A stretch of DNA of 34,829 nt from Catajapyx aquilonaris. Taxonomy: Eukaryota. Positions 9,788 through 22,100 of the stretch are shown piece by piece. The stretch spans positions 1-34,829 of the forward strand of contig KZ539059.1 of NCBI GenBank assembly GCA_000934665.2. The letters run 5' to 3'. Every line of letters starts with the position of its first letter. The first letter of the stretch is position 1. The translations under genes were made by a program, and so were the position numbers. The notes below the pieces were generated by a model. The model had not been told where the DNA came from, made no database searches, and saw only the letters and a program-made list of their open reading frames with translations.

Positions 9788-11634
9788 CATGGTGAAGGAA
9801 TTCTCGCGTATAATCGCCAGGTAGCTTGATAGTACTCGCAAAACTAATAGGGATGCACAAGTATACAGTTTAGGGCACCGCGCCGGGCACTCGCCGCTCT
9901 GCGCCGCCGCACAGTGATCTAGATTCGGAAAACCCTGGTCACAATTATAGTTATCATCCTAGAAGGATAAAAATAAGTGTTTGGGGGTTTTCCTAGTCGC
10001 CGAGTACGAATTTGAAGTCAAAATTGTCAAATTATTGTCAGATGTTCACATACAGGGATTGGACAAAATAATAGGGGGCAAAAAGGGGTTGAATCTTTAC
10101 GTATATTTTCTTAGGAAAATGGCAAAGTTACAAAGATGCATTTTGCTCACTTTTTAAGCTCAGTCTATGTAAATTTGTGTAGGTATGTTGATGACGCAAA
10201 AATCACGAGAGGGGGAGAAAAACAAAAGACGAACGATATACCCCAGATCCCATTTTTAAATTCAGTTAACAACTTACTACAAAGTTAAAATTAATGAAAA
10301 TACTATTCAATATATAGGCCTAATCAAGGTACAAATTAGCCGCCCACCATTCTGTATAACCAGCTCCGAAAATAAACTACCGTATAGTAGATGATTAGTT
10401 CCTCAAGACTTGCCTTTCACTCGCACGCACACCAAAATAATATTCCCTCATCTCTCGAGGAAACATAGGAAGTAATGTAGCCTACGATATCAACAGGTAT
10501 CAATGTGTCACCTGTCAGTTTGACCACACTTCGAATTTCTCCCCCCTTCCCGTCACTGGACTCCAGCCCGTGCACTATTTGTTTCAGGCATTAGCTCGAG
10601 CGCGAGGGTGGAAATACCGCCAAGGCGAAAATTACGAATTACGATAAAATTAGCAAATTTTAGCAGCTGGACTTTGTTGACCCTTCACCTACCCACTATT
10701 TCGCACATTACGCACCAAAAATGAAAACGTCCTTTTTTGTCCATTTTTTTGTATGACTCGATTTAATTTTGAAACGACAAATTTGAACTGCTATACCAAA
10801 ATTCGATTTAATCATTACGTTTATAATTTACAAAAATGAAATATGAACAATTTTGCAAGTAAATGTATAATCTACAACACAGTGTAACCAAAATTACCGT
10901 TGACATATGTTTCAGAACATTTAGCAAATGGTTAAAATAGGCCTGCCGTGCATGTCTATTCAGAACAACGATTACCCCCCAATTTAAATGCCTCCGCGCT
11001 GCCGAATAAATTTTTTTTCAGGAACAAACTATAGGCCAGAGTATAGCTCCATTATCATTGATATGCAGGCATGAATGGGAATATCATACTACAAATTAAA
11101 AAATTCTGATTTTGTCCAGGGTTTTCCTAATCTAGATCACTGTGCGCCGCGCTGTCTTGACCGACGACGCACAACAATAGACATCAAGGCAGGGACACAC
11201 TAGCTGGGGACACATCCGACATTACAGACTTTACAGTACTGTCTGGTAGTACAGTACAATACAGTAGAGCAATACACTACTGGATAGTGTCAGACGTCAG
11301 TGTATGGGGTAAACTACGGGGGTGTCGCACCCGGATTCTTACTCCGACTGCATTTGATCACCTAATACTGTACATGGACGATGAGTTACGGGCCCAAGGC
11401 CGGATTATTCGGAAGGCATCCAGTCTCCAGCTGCTGCGCTGCTGGCTTTTGCTGCTTTGAAGCTGGCGGGGGCGGATGTGACGTCACGCAACTTTGAAGG
11501 CACCGTATCGTGCACAGTATCGTATGCATCACCGCATCAGGCAAAGACTACGCATTTACTACGCAAGGGCACCAAAAACTACTCGCACATCGTGCTGGTG
11601 AATGGTGATTATGCGCGAAAATCCCTTCACGCTG
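9788..11634. mobile_element. Tc1/mariner-type MITE (same family as 24235-24665), interrupted by a Transib-like element
   Basis: TA-CATGGTGAAGGAATTCTCGCG...CGCGAAAATCCCTTCACGCTG-TA ends. 9821-9879 and 11320-11490 align with 24268-24330 and 24410-24550. Confidence 0.75.
9910..11144. mobile_element. Non-autonomous Transib-like element with RSS-heptamer termini
   Basis: 29-bp TIR CACAGTGATCTAGATT(C/A)GGAAAACCCTGG with 1 mismatch; 5-bp GC-rich TSD CGCCG at 9905-9909 and 11145-11149; no ORF. Confidence 0.85.
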
Positions 11635-11859
11635 TATTTGAGTAACACGTGGAGCACGCAGAGTAACACCATATGCAGTTACCAGCAGCTTGCCAGCAGT
11701 TACCCACCCGCCACCAGGCCCACCACGTCCTTCCTCTCCTGTAGAATATGCAGCACGGATCTATCAGGAAACAAGAAAAACCGGGAATTACTAACCATAC
11801 ACGATACACCTTGTAATTCCCGAACTACAGCTTACACTATCGAAACAAAACTATTGAAA

Positions 11860-12070
11860 TAATCGCGCCTGCGCTCAGTGGGGTCTTCTGCTAAAAAGTG
11901 TCGACTCGGGGACTTGGGAGTTGGGGGTATTAATTTTTTGTCGACTACTGATCTTGGCTTCGTCCTTGGTCCGCGACCACCGTTGCTTTGCAGCCCCAAG
12001 GAGGGGGGCCAAATAACACTGAGGTACTACTGACCTACGTAGTCAGTGTTAGGCTTGCAGTCGTCATTTG
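11860..12070 (+). promoter_or_regulatory. Candidate promoter/5' non-coding exon region of the AMPK beta gene
   Basis: CpG-rich non-repeat stretch with an NRF1/Ewg-like GCGCCTGCGC motif near 11865-11874. The ATG exon has an acceptor 6 nt upstream (13137), so an upstream UTR exon is implied. Confidence 0.3.
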
Positions 12071-12908
12071 CTTAATTTGCATAATGCATGTTGCAGCCTT
12101 TATTGATGCAGTGAAACAGCAATTTTGATGCGTTTTGTTTCACTTGGGACTAGGCTATAAGGCCGTGGTAAGGGCTCAGGTGATTTTTTAAACTGCCGTC
12201 TTTCACAAAGGAATGATCTCGAAGTAACAGATCTGAGTAGGTAAAATGGTGAAGTGCAATTCCCTGGTGTTTTCTGAGAAAGCTAGAAAATAAAAAATTG
12301 ATGGGGCCTTTTAGCTTGCTACATGGGTCATAATATTATTGATGGTGTATTCATGGCTGTGATGACTCAAGATAAGTTGGGAAAGTTTCAAAAGATAACT
12401 AATTGAAGTTGAAAAAGTGACCAAGATAGTTTGCATATCACGTTATAACCATTTGTGTGACTTTCAACAGTATCTGAGAAGTGCTGTTACCTGATCCATT
12501 GTCCTACCTGATAAATTATTCTGATGTTACTGTAATAGGAATTTGGGAATTCCTGAACGTAATGTGATATGCTTTGTGGATGAAGCCTCGGGGATATTCG
12601 TGGCATTCGTGCCATCTCGCCTGAACAATGCCAGTGTGTAATAGTCTTATCTACAAGTATGTGTTGGAGAATTTGGAATACCTCTGCAACTTCGGATAGC
12701 GTTGCATTCATGAGAACTGAACAATTCCTGGTTGTGATATTAGTATCTATGTTTTGTAGAATCTGACACACTTTTGCAACAAGAGACATCTTCATACAGG
12801 GTTGCATTCATGCTATCAAACCAGAACAATGCCAGGGCATTAACGGTCGTATCAATGGTTGACAGAATCTGGGATTCTTTTGCGTCAAGAGTAGGATTGC
12901 ACGTGCTA

Positions 12909-13083
12909 TAGTGAAACCTATCTATAGCTGAGTTGCTCCGTTCTGCTGATCTTTCTGTACTTAACAAGTTCCCTTTATATGAGACAGACGTACACTGGAA
13001 AAAAACCTCTGCCTGGAACAAAAAAGTTCTGCAATGGTCAAGTTTCTGCTGGATCAGGGGTCCATTATAGACAGGTTTCACTG
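12909..13083. mobile_element. pogo/Tigger-like MITE
   Basis: TA-TAGTGAAACCTATCTATA ... TATAGACAGGTTTCACTG inverted termini. Confidence 0.65.
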
Positions 13084-13143
13084 TTTGTTATTTCAAATGC
13101 ACTGAAATGTTTTAATTTCTTTCCAACTGTTTCTCAGCAAGTC

Positions 13144-16100
13144 ATGGGCAATGCATCAAGTTCTCGCGACCGTCACAAATCAGGTGACAGCATTCCGCCA
13201 TCGTCCCCAGGAAAGGATGGACAGGCGTTTGTGTTTGACAAGAAGCCAAATAAGTTGGTATTGCAGCAGTCTCATGAAGATGAAGAACCTTACTACACCA
13301 AAGCTCAGGTGAAAATAATAGCACATAATTAAAAATCCTCAAATTGCAATGAATTTAATGTTGATATATTTTGACACCAAAAAAAAAAATATATATATAT
13401 TAACAGATACTAGCAAGGTGATTATTGGATCTTAGGCACATATACATAGTGACTTCAAAAATGGGGGGATTGGGTATCCCCAGATTGAGGGTGGCATATA
13501 TTGTACTCGGCAAAACAAGGACCGACAAGGACTATAACATAACATTGAAGATGACCCTTTTGAGAAATTATTTTTTGAAATGTACATGTTTTTTGTCTCT
13601 ATCCCTACTTTGACTTTTTTACTTTGCATGGTGGTATCAACCTTGTTTTTGGCACTTGAAACTGTTAAAAGTATAAAAGTGAAGTCAATAAAAAATGAGC
13701 CAACTTTATTACGGAACACCTATAGGACAGGGAGTAACGCTGATTGGCAGGGATAACCTTCAAATCAAAGAAATTCAAGTTCAAAGAAAATGATGTGCAT
13801 ATGCATGGGCAGCTAAAGGGAGCAGGTGTCACATCACATGATTGAAAAGGAACCAACCTACCGAAAGTGCCGTCCAGTATTTGCATATGAGAATGTTATG
13901 ATAATTCCCAACCCCACATAGCAAATGCCATCAAAGATCACGTGCAGAAATTGAAGTGGGAAGTACTTAGCAACACACACACACACACCCTCTATAATAC
14001 CGACTTGTCACCCCGTGACAGAAAGGTTTGTGTGGATGCTGATTCCAGACAGATGATGAAGTGAAGGAGAGAGTTCACACTTCGTTCCAAGAACAACCCA
14101 GGGACTTCTATGAGAAGGAAATTGTACACCTAGTGTCTTAGTATAAGTACCGTATTTACGCGCATATAAAACGCACACGCGCATAAGACGCACCCCGGTT
14201 TTGAGGCGAAAAATCGTGGAAAATCAGTTGTTGACTTATATAAGACGCACTCAGATTTATTGCCGTAGTTTGGGAACTGGCCTCGAGCTGCCGGCAGCAA
14301 CCTCGTGTGCAATGCATGTACAATGCATGTGCGTGTGGAATCCATTAGAATCCAGTAAAAAGGGGGGGCAAGTGGAAAATGGGACAATGCTACGCAACTG
14401 AAACGTATAGGTGGCAAGGTCACACCGGAATTGTGCACGTGTGTGGACGGCCAAGGAGAGCGACGATGACTGATTCGAATGTGCGATGTTTTTAAATATT
14501 TCAATAAACTATTTCCACGATTTCTCATGGGTTTCACCGTTGTGCCCTGCCGTATAAGACTACTTTTTGAGCTACAAAAATCAGAAAAAAGGTGCGTCTT
14601 ATCTGCGCGTAAATACGGTAGGTAAAGTAATCACGAGCAATACTTTTGAAAAAAGGTAAAAGGTAACCTTCATATAGCCATCAGTTCATTTTTTAAATTG
14701 GCTGGATGGCATTTATGGTGGGTTGCTTCCCTTTTGATCACGTGATGTGACACCTGCTCCCTCTAGTGCATTGTGAAATATTACTGCCAATCCCAACTTG
14801 CCATAACAGTGTATTAAATCACTGAATATTATGAAGTAGGAGAAAAGCATTCAGAAGTTTCGATTTTTTAAAAGCTGATTATTTGCAGAGGTGCAATGTT
14901 AAGGAGACTGTTAAAGATAAGGTGTGTAGGTCTATTCTAAGGTGGTTTGGCCATGTGGAGAGGATGAAGGTGGAGGAGATTGTGAAGAAGGTTTATTTGG
15001 GTGGAGTATTTGGTAAGAGGGGCAAGGGTAGGCCTAGGAAGACATGGTTGGACCACTAGGACCAGGTGGGTCAGTGTCTTAAGGGTGTTCCTAGTGTTAA
15101 GCTGAGACGTTCGTGTGTCAATAGGACCATGGACGTGGATGAGGCTAAGGTTGTTTGTTTGGATAAGTGTAAATGGTGTAGGTTAATTAATGGGTAGAAT
15201 ATTCACGGGTTTGTGAGGAATGGCAGTGTCCATTGAATTCTTCCGAATGGCTAGAATGTTTGCAGGTTGGTGGGAGGAGTCGGCATCTGGAAGTTCATAC
15301 TCGGGCTCTGGGTGCTGTGCAGAACTATAAGGTTGGCAAATATCTCTTGCACAGTAATGCATAGGTAGACACCGGTAGTCATGCTTGCAAGGGTGTCTGC
15401 CTCTCTCTCTGTCCTGCACAGCGCTTGGAGTTTGAGTGTGGATTTCCATGTGCTGGTTCTTCTTGCTGGTCTGTGGGTGTTCTGGTCGTTGGAGGAGAAT
15501 ATTCTAGTCACTTGGAGGAATTTAACAGTTGCTGATTCCTCTTCGGGGGGGGAATTTCTCAAGTACCGCGTTGCATAGTCNNNNNNNNNNNNNNNNNNNN
15601 NNNNNNNNNAAGTACCATGTTGCATAATGTAATATTTAAATTTAATATTGAGTGTTTGTCATTTGAGATGGGCAGGGGTGGGGGGCGTACCGTTGTTTAT
15701 AGGTTTATTTTTACAAGTTTTAATTTAGTTCATATTTTGGGTTAGCTTGTGGCTCCCGTCATCACTGACTACCCCTTATAGGGAAATGTGATAGTGGTGG
15801 TGTTGTTGTTGATTATCACATTATGCAAGGACAATACATGCATTAATCCAAAGAGGTTAAGCGCTGGTGTTTGCAATTGAATTATGATTGTTGTACTGGA
15901 TGCAACAATCTCTGACTCAAACCAAGGGAAAGGGTGCAATTTCTCGAAAACATCATTTTGCTGAGTGCAAAATATTTTAAATTCTTGATAGCAAAATTTT
16001 AGTTTTAAAAATTAATTGCACTGCAGGACTTTAATTGTTGGTTACATTCTTTTACACACAAAAAAGCTATTGCTATGATTAAAAACCTGTCTGAATTGAA

Positions 16101-19100
16101 ATTGAATCATCCATAACAAGCTGCTGGCAGCATGCACAAATAAAGCTATTGGAGCAGAAACAGGCAACCAGACTATTGTTTGGTGTTTCCAAGGTTTTAT
16201 GATTGCAGGGTGAAGTGACTGGGAGGAGCGGTGCAAAGTGCAAGTGCCAAGGCTTAAAGGGGTCATGTTGCGCTTTTGCCCATGGGTGGTTGGTTGGATG
16301 GATATGGTGCCTCTTTGCACTCTATACCTGATCACTTATTGTTGCTTACTGCAGTGTGAGTGGATCTCTACACTGACATGCCCCTTCCATGTGATTCTAT
16401 TGATTGTGGGGGAGTAAGGATGGCATGTGTGATGATGTTGGAGTGGGGGTGCTGAGAATGGAATGCAAGGCAGGAAGTAGCTTAGAGATAAGGAAGCTGC
16501 AGTCTACCCTGAATTCCATTTCCAGCAGCCAATTGCATGTGCACTTGTCCTCCCTCCAGTGACATTGTGCCATGAAGGGTAGAGTGGTGAAGTGCAGCAG
16601 GTGACAGAATCCATCTTCCTGCCATATCTTAAGAATTATCGTCCTTCCCTTTAACATGGGGCGTTTCATGCTGAGGAGTGCTTCATATCCTGAATAAGAC
16701 ATAGGTTGGCAAACTGTAGGTTTGGTTTGCTCTAGCAGATAAGAACTGGTCCACTTCCTGTAATAATGTGTGAGAGTACTGTACCACAATGTTTGTACAG
16801 CATTGTACAACAGAAGTGCAAGATATTGATGGAATTTAGACAAATAAGGTTTACATCAGTGACTCCCAACCTTTTTTCATTGCAACCCTATCTACTGTAC
16901 AACCTTCCCTTGACCTGGCGACCCTCCCCCGAAATTTTTGATTACCGAAATGTACACCCAGGAACAATGCTTGTGTAGATTTGAGAGGAATTTCCGTCCA
17001 GAATTTTCCTTCTTTGCCTGTTTTTTTCTTTACTTTTATTCCTTTTTCCTGGATGTAATGCATGGATATTGTCATTGGCATGGTAGTCAGTGCCGGATTT
17101 CACATTAGGCACAGTAGGCACTTGCCTAGGGGCGTCCGCAAGTAGCAATATATATATTTCAAATACAATAATAAGCAATAAAGGCGAGATCACCAAAAAA
17201 TCATATTTTTGAAAGCTTGATTCACCGCTATAGGCAGAAAATGCAATTGCCGAATGGTGGCCATAAGTTACAATATGATATTTTTTAAAAGTACAACAAA
17301 ATGAAATGTAGGAGAGAACACAACGAAAAGTGAAATTTTAAAGTGGCATGTGGGGGGTGGGGGGAATCCAGTGCTGATGGTAGTTGACTTGCACAGTTCT
17401 CTTGTAGAGCACATGAAAAATGTCCAGGACACATTTGATGCCTGCGAACAGAAAGCCATTCTTCTCTCAGGCATTAATCATTACGAGTTTGGCTCTAGAT
17501 GCACAAGGAAGAGGAAACACCAACCTGACACGAGTGGAGACGGTGAAGTAAGAGCTGTCAGGGAGTGACCATTTCCGGATCAATGATTTCAATGTAATTC
17601 TGGACTGCTTGCTGTGTGAACTTCAGAAGAGGAGGTCTGCGTATGAAGAATTTCACCAAAAGTTCCGAGTTTTAATGCAATGACAAAGTTGTCCCTGGAT
17701 GAGGTTACTATTCGTGTAAGGAATTGTGTATCGGGTACCAGGGGGACCTCGAGAGTGCATCATTTGTTGACAAGTGCCTCCAGCTTCATGCCTACCTAAC
17801 TGCAGTTGGGCCGAAGTGTCCCTCAGCGTCGCAGCTTATGATGCTGATCTGTGAAAAGGAACTGCAGACGGTGTATCCAAATGTGGACAGAGTGCTCAGG
17901 ATGTGCTTGTGTACTATAGCCACTGACTAGTTTTGAAAGCTTGTGAAATATTACCCGAGATCAACCGTGTCAGACAACTTATTAAAATCCACGTCGGTCT
18001 TAGTGATGGAGTGACAATTTCTGAAGGGGATGAAATACGAAGATATCATCGATGCTTTTGCACAGAAAAAAGGGAGGCGAAAACCTGTTATTAGATGAAG
18101 TACTGTAAGGACGCTTTCACAAATTATTCTACCTGCACAAAAATGTTAGTACTACTGTCTAAAGTTCTATTTGTGCTGCCTTTCATTATGCATAATTTTG
18201 TTCAGTGCATATAGGGTGGATAAGAGCCTCGCGCCATTAAAGAATAAGATTCTCTCGAAATTCTAGGACCAAATTGTTCTATTCCGCATTGGCCATTTCA
18301 CCTTCATGGTGTCAGTTAATCATGCCAATGTATTAGTTTGGAAATATCAATACTGTACATGACAGGAATCTGATTCTCAAAGGATGGGACAACTTTCAAT
18401 CGACCCTACATATATTCCTGTGGCTGATGTGGGTATAGAAATATGTGATAGAGAAGATCTGTCAGGCTGGCCAGAGCAATAATAATAAAAATAATAAAAA
18501 TAATGGGCTACTTAGTCATCTTACTCCTTTACTGTTGCAAATGTTGTGCACCTCACATGTAATCCCACTGGAGGGCAGGGGGGGGGGGGAGGAGAGGTTA
18601 CACAGGTCATATGGTCAGCAAATACCTAAATCTGGTGCTGCCCATCTGGCTGAATTTCTGCATTATCTTGTACTTTCTGTTGCCTTATGCTGTACAAACA
18701 GTGTTATGCGGTTCTCCCACAAATTATTTCTGTAAGAGGACCAGTTCTTACCTACCACAACTAACTGGATTCACAGCTTTCCAACTCATGTCTTATTCAG
18801 GATGTGAACACCCATCATGAAACTTAGCATGTTAAAGGAAGGGATGCTGCAGCTGAATATTTCAGTCGGGAAGATTAATATTGTCATTTGACTGTACTTC
18901 ACCACTCTACACTGTATGACCCTTGAAGGCACCATGTCATAGGAACATTCACTGGAGTCTAGGAAGGCTTGGCAATATGTGGTCTTTAACTTTTTGCATT
19001 AGTACCATGATGTCCTTTTTTCTGCAGTGTATGTGTTCACGTACATCTGCAGTAAGTGATTTGGTGACTTTGGAAACCAACATCTTAAACTGGCACTTTT

Positions 19101-22100
19101 TTTAAAAATATTTTAAAACTTTTACCCCGTGTTGGAGCACTGCTCTCTGGGAGGGGGGTTATTTTCTTTGAACTCCGTGCAAGGACTTAATGGATGTAGG
19201 GTAAGGATGGGGATTTTTATGGAGGGGACACTGGTGCAAGTGCAATGTCTGAAAAGGGTCATGTGCAGTCCCCCCAGGAGGCTAGGTTGCCAAGACGCCT
19301 CCTAAGGCGTGGGTCAGAGACCCACTGGCGCAGGCGAAAGGGAACTCCCGGGCGGGGATCGAACCTGGGACCTTCCACACAGTAAGCTGAGACGTTACCA
19401 TCTCAGCCACCACGCCTTCCCTTAAACTGGCGATTTAATCAGTGGTCAAAATTTTAAAACTCCTATCAGAGAATTTTGTAACCTTTACATCTCACTGCAA
19501 TTGGAAGTGCCTAGTGACATGGGGTGGAATTTTTTGCCCCCTGCTAGTTACTGCTTACGTAGCAGTAATCACATCCCCAACACTGGTACTGCTAAGTTAA
19601 CAGTAACTATTAGTGGCTAGTGGGGCGAAAATTCCACCCATGTTGTAGCGGTTGGTAATAGTTGAATTATGCATAATTCAAAGTGAAAATTTGCATAACT
19701 TGGCATAAAACAAGCTCCAAGAAGGTGAGGAAGAAGCCCTAATAGGCCTAAGTGACAAAAGTATTGTTTATTTTTTGCAATAATTCATTACTGGGGAAAA
19801 AAGGTAGGCTTCTTGCATTCTGATTAAATGTACAGTTATGCACTGACTGTGGCATTTTTTTCTGGAAGGCTTGCATCTTACCACAAATGGAGATCATCTA
19901 AAACTGTGTTCTCTGCAGATGGCTAGTACAGATAATGTATCCAGAGAGGAAGAGTGCATGCATCTTGCCCACAAAAAAGCACTCCATTTCAGTGATGGGA
20001 ATAGGTTAAAATCCTGAGGTTCCATGTGCATCGTGAAGTTACTCAGAGCATCGTAGGGCACAGAATTTTTATGTGGTCATATATAAACCTTCCAGGAAAG
20101 GCCAGGCTCCATGAAAAAGCCAATTAGCCCAGTTACAAGCCAGTTCAGGCCAAATGGCACCTTGACACAGAGTAATCATATGGATGCAACTCTATAGATT
20201 TGTTGGAATCAGTATGGAATACACACACATCCGGGGAGGTGTGGTGGCCGAGATGGTAACGTCTCGGCTTGCTGAGTGAGAGGTCCCAGGTTCGATCCCC
20301 GCCTGGGAGCTACCTATCGCCTGCGTCGGGAGGGTCTCTCACCTGCACCTTGGAGGTGTCTGGCAACCTAACCTCCTGGGGGACTGCACATGGCCCAAAG
20401 GTTTAAGACATTGCACCTGCACAAGTGTCCCCTCCCCAACAATCCCTATCCTTTCCCAATGTCCCTGTTTCCTTGCACCGGAGAAAGAAACTGAAAAATA
20501 TATAGAAAACTGACGGTGGTGTGCCACCCCCCTATAGATCCCGCAAGGGACATCACGGGGTAAACAAAAAAAAGAAAAAAACCGCACACATCCCATAACA
20601 ATGGGAGCAGAGAAAGTGAACATGGAAACCAGTTCGATTTTTATATAATGTTTGAAATTGATAGTGGATTACTTCGCATATTAACTTTTGTCACCGTAAC
20701 AATACCACAAATCCTGCTGCAAGAACTGCAAGTGGACAATGAAGATGAAACTACTGATTTTCAGAATTACAACCACAATAACACTACCAAAATAATTCCC
20801 CTCATTTTGATCATTGACTTATCCTGGGAAGATAGTCAGATTTTTAGTTCCATGGCTCATAATTTTTACTGGAGCATTCACTTGTAATATCACAAGCCAA
20901 AGGCAGGCATGCAGTAATGAAAGGTGCTGCATCAAAAAGAGCTAAGAAAAGTAATACTTATTTTTCAGCAGGGGTTTTACAGGTCACATGAGTGCCATTC
21001 AATCAAGGCTTTTAGAAAATTATTTAATTAAAATACACCTTCTGTTCTTGTCAGTACAAGTATTATTTTTAGATACTCATACCAGTACACCATTACAAAA
21101 TTTCCTTGCACATTTTCTAGGAATCCAAGGATTCTGAGTTTGATGATGTTCCTCGCCAGCGAGCCTCGACTGTCTCTGAGGGGACGAAGAGTCCTGCTGA
21201 AAAAGTGTTGCCCACTGTGTTCAAGTGGGATGGCGGCGGGAAGCAAGTATACATCAGTGGGACTTTTTCAAATTGGAAGACCATTCCAATGGTGAAAAGG
21301 TGGGTTTACAGGTTTATTAGTTTAGTCAGTATGTATGCATAACATTTTTATTTGGGAGAAATACCAAATGGAAAGCTTAGGCCACGTTTACACTGCCAAC
21401 TTTGTAGAAAGCGACTTATTGCAGTATGCAGGTGATTCCCAGTTGAAAGGAAATCGAGCCAGCTCTAATTTGGGAAGACACGCCCACTGCAGATAGTCGC
21501 TTCTATTTAGTCGACAATGTAAAGGGGGCTTAGACACTGTGTTTATGCACAGGATCCATCCACATATTTTTGGCATGTAAAAAATAGACAGCCTGCTCTA
21601 TACAGCCCATCCCACCTTATAGTGGCATGCTGGTATAGCCACCAGATGTGCATTTTCTCAAATCTAGCCATATCCTAACTTACTGGCATGCCACTCGATA
21701 CAAGGTAATACAGTATTTTTTTAAACTCAAAATCATTCCCATTTGGCATGATAACTTTGGTAAGAAGGCCAATAGTAATATACAGGGTGATCCAGAAGTC
21801 GGTACCTATTTTTATTTCCTAATAACTTTCAAACTGGTACACCTACCGAAGTGAAACAGGGCTCAAAATGTGCGGGGATTCATAAGAATTTTTCTGGGGG
21901 ACACTTCTTGCTGTTGTGGCGCTGCTAGCCGGCGCAGCTTGACTCTAATTGCCGTGGTGGTGCTGCTAGCGGGGGAAGCTTGGCCAAAATGTCGGACCAA
22001 CTGTCTGTGAGTGACCGTGTGCGCATCGCTAACCGTATGGAGGTATGGGACAGTGTCATCAAGGTTCAGTGATGGTGGCGCAGAGAACGAGGTGTTAATG

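Noticed and set aside
20233..20310. Genuine tRNA gene
   Set aside because: A/B boxes continue into a shared SINE body with tail and TSD; copies are diverged.
20648..20887. Alternative AMPK beta exon (acidic ORF)
   Set aside because: No convincing splice sites; exons 1 and 2 already join into a full-length protein.
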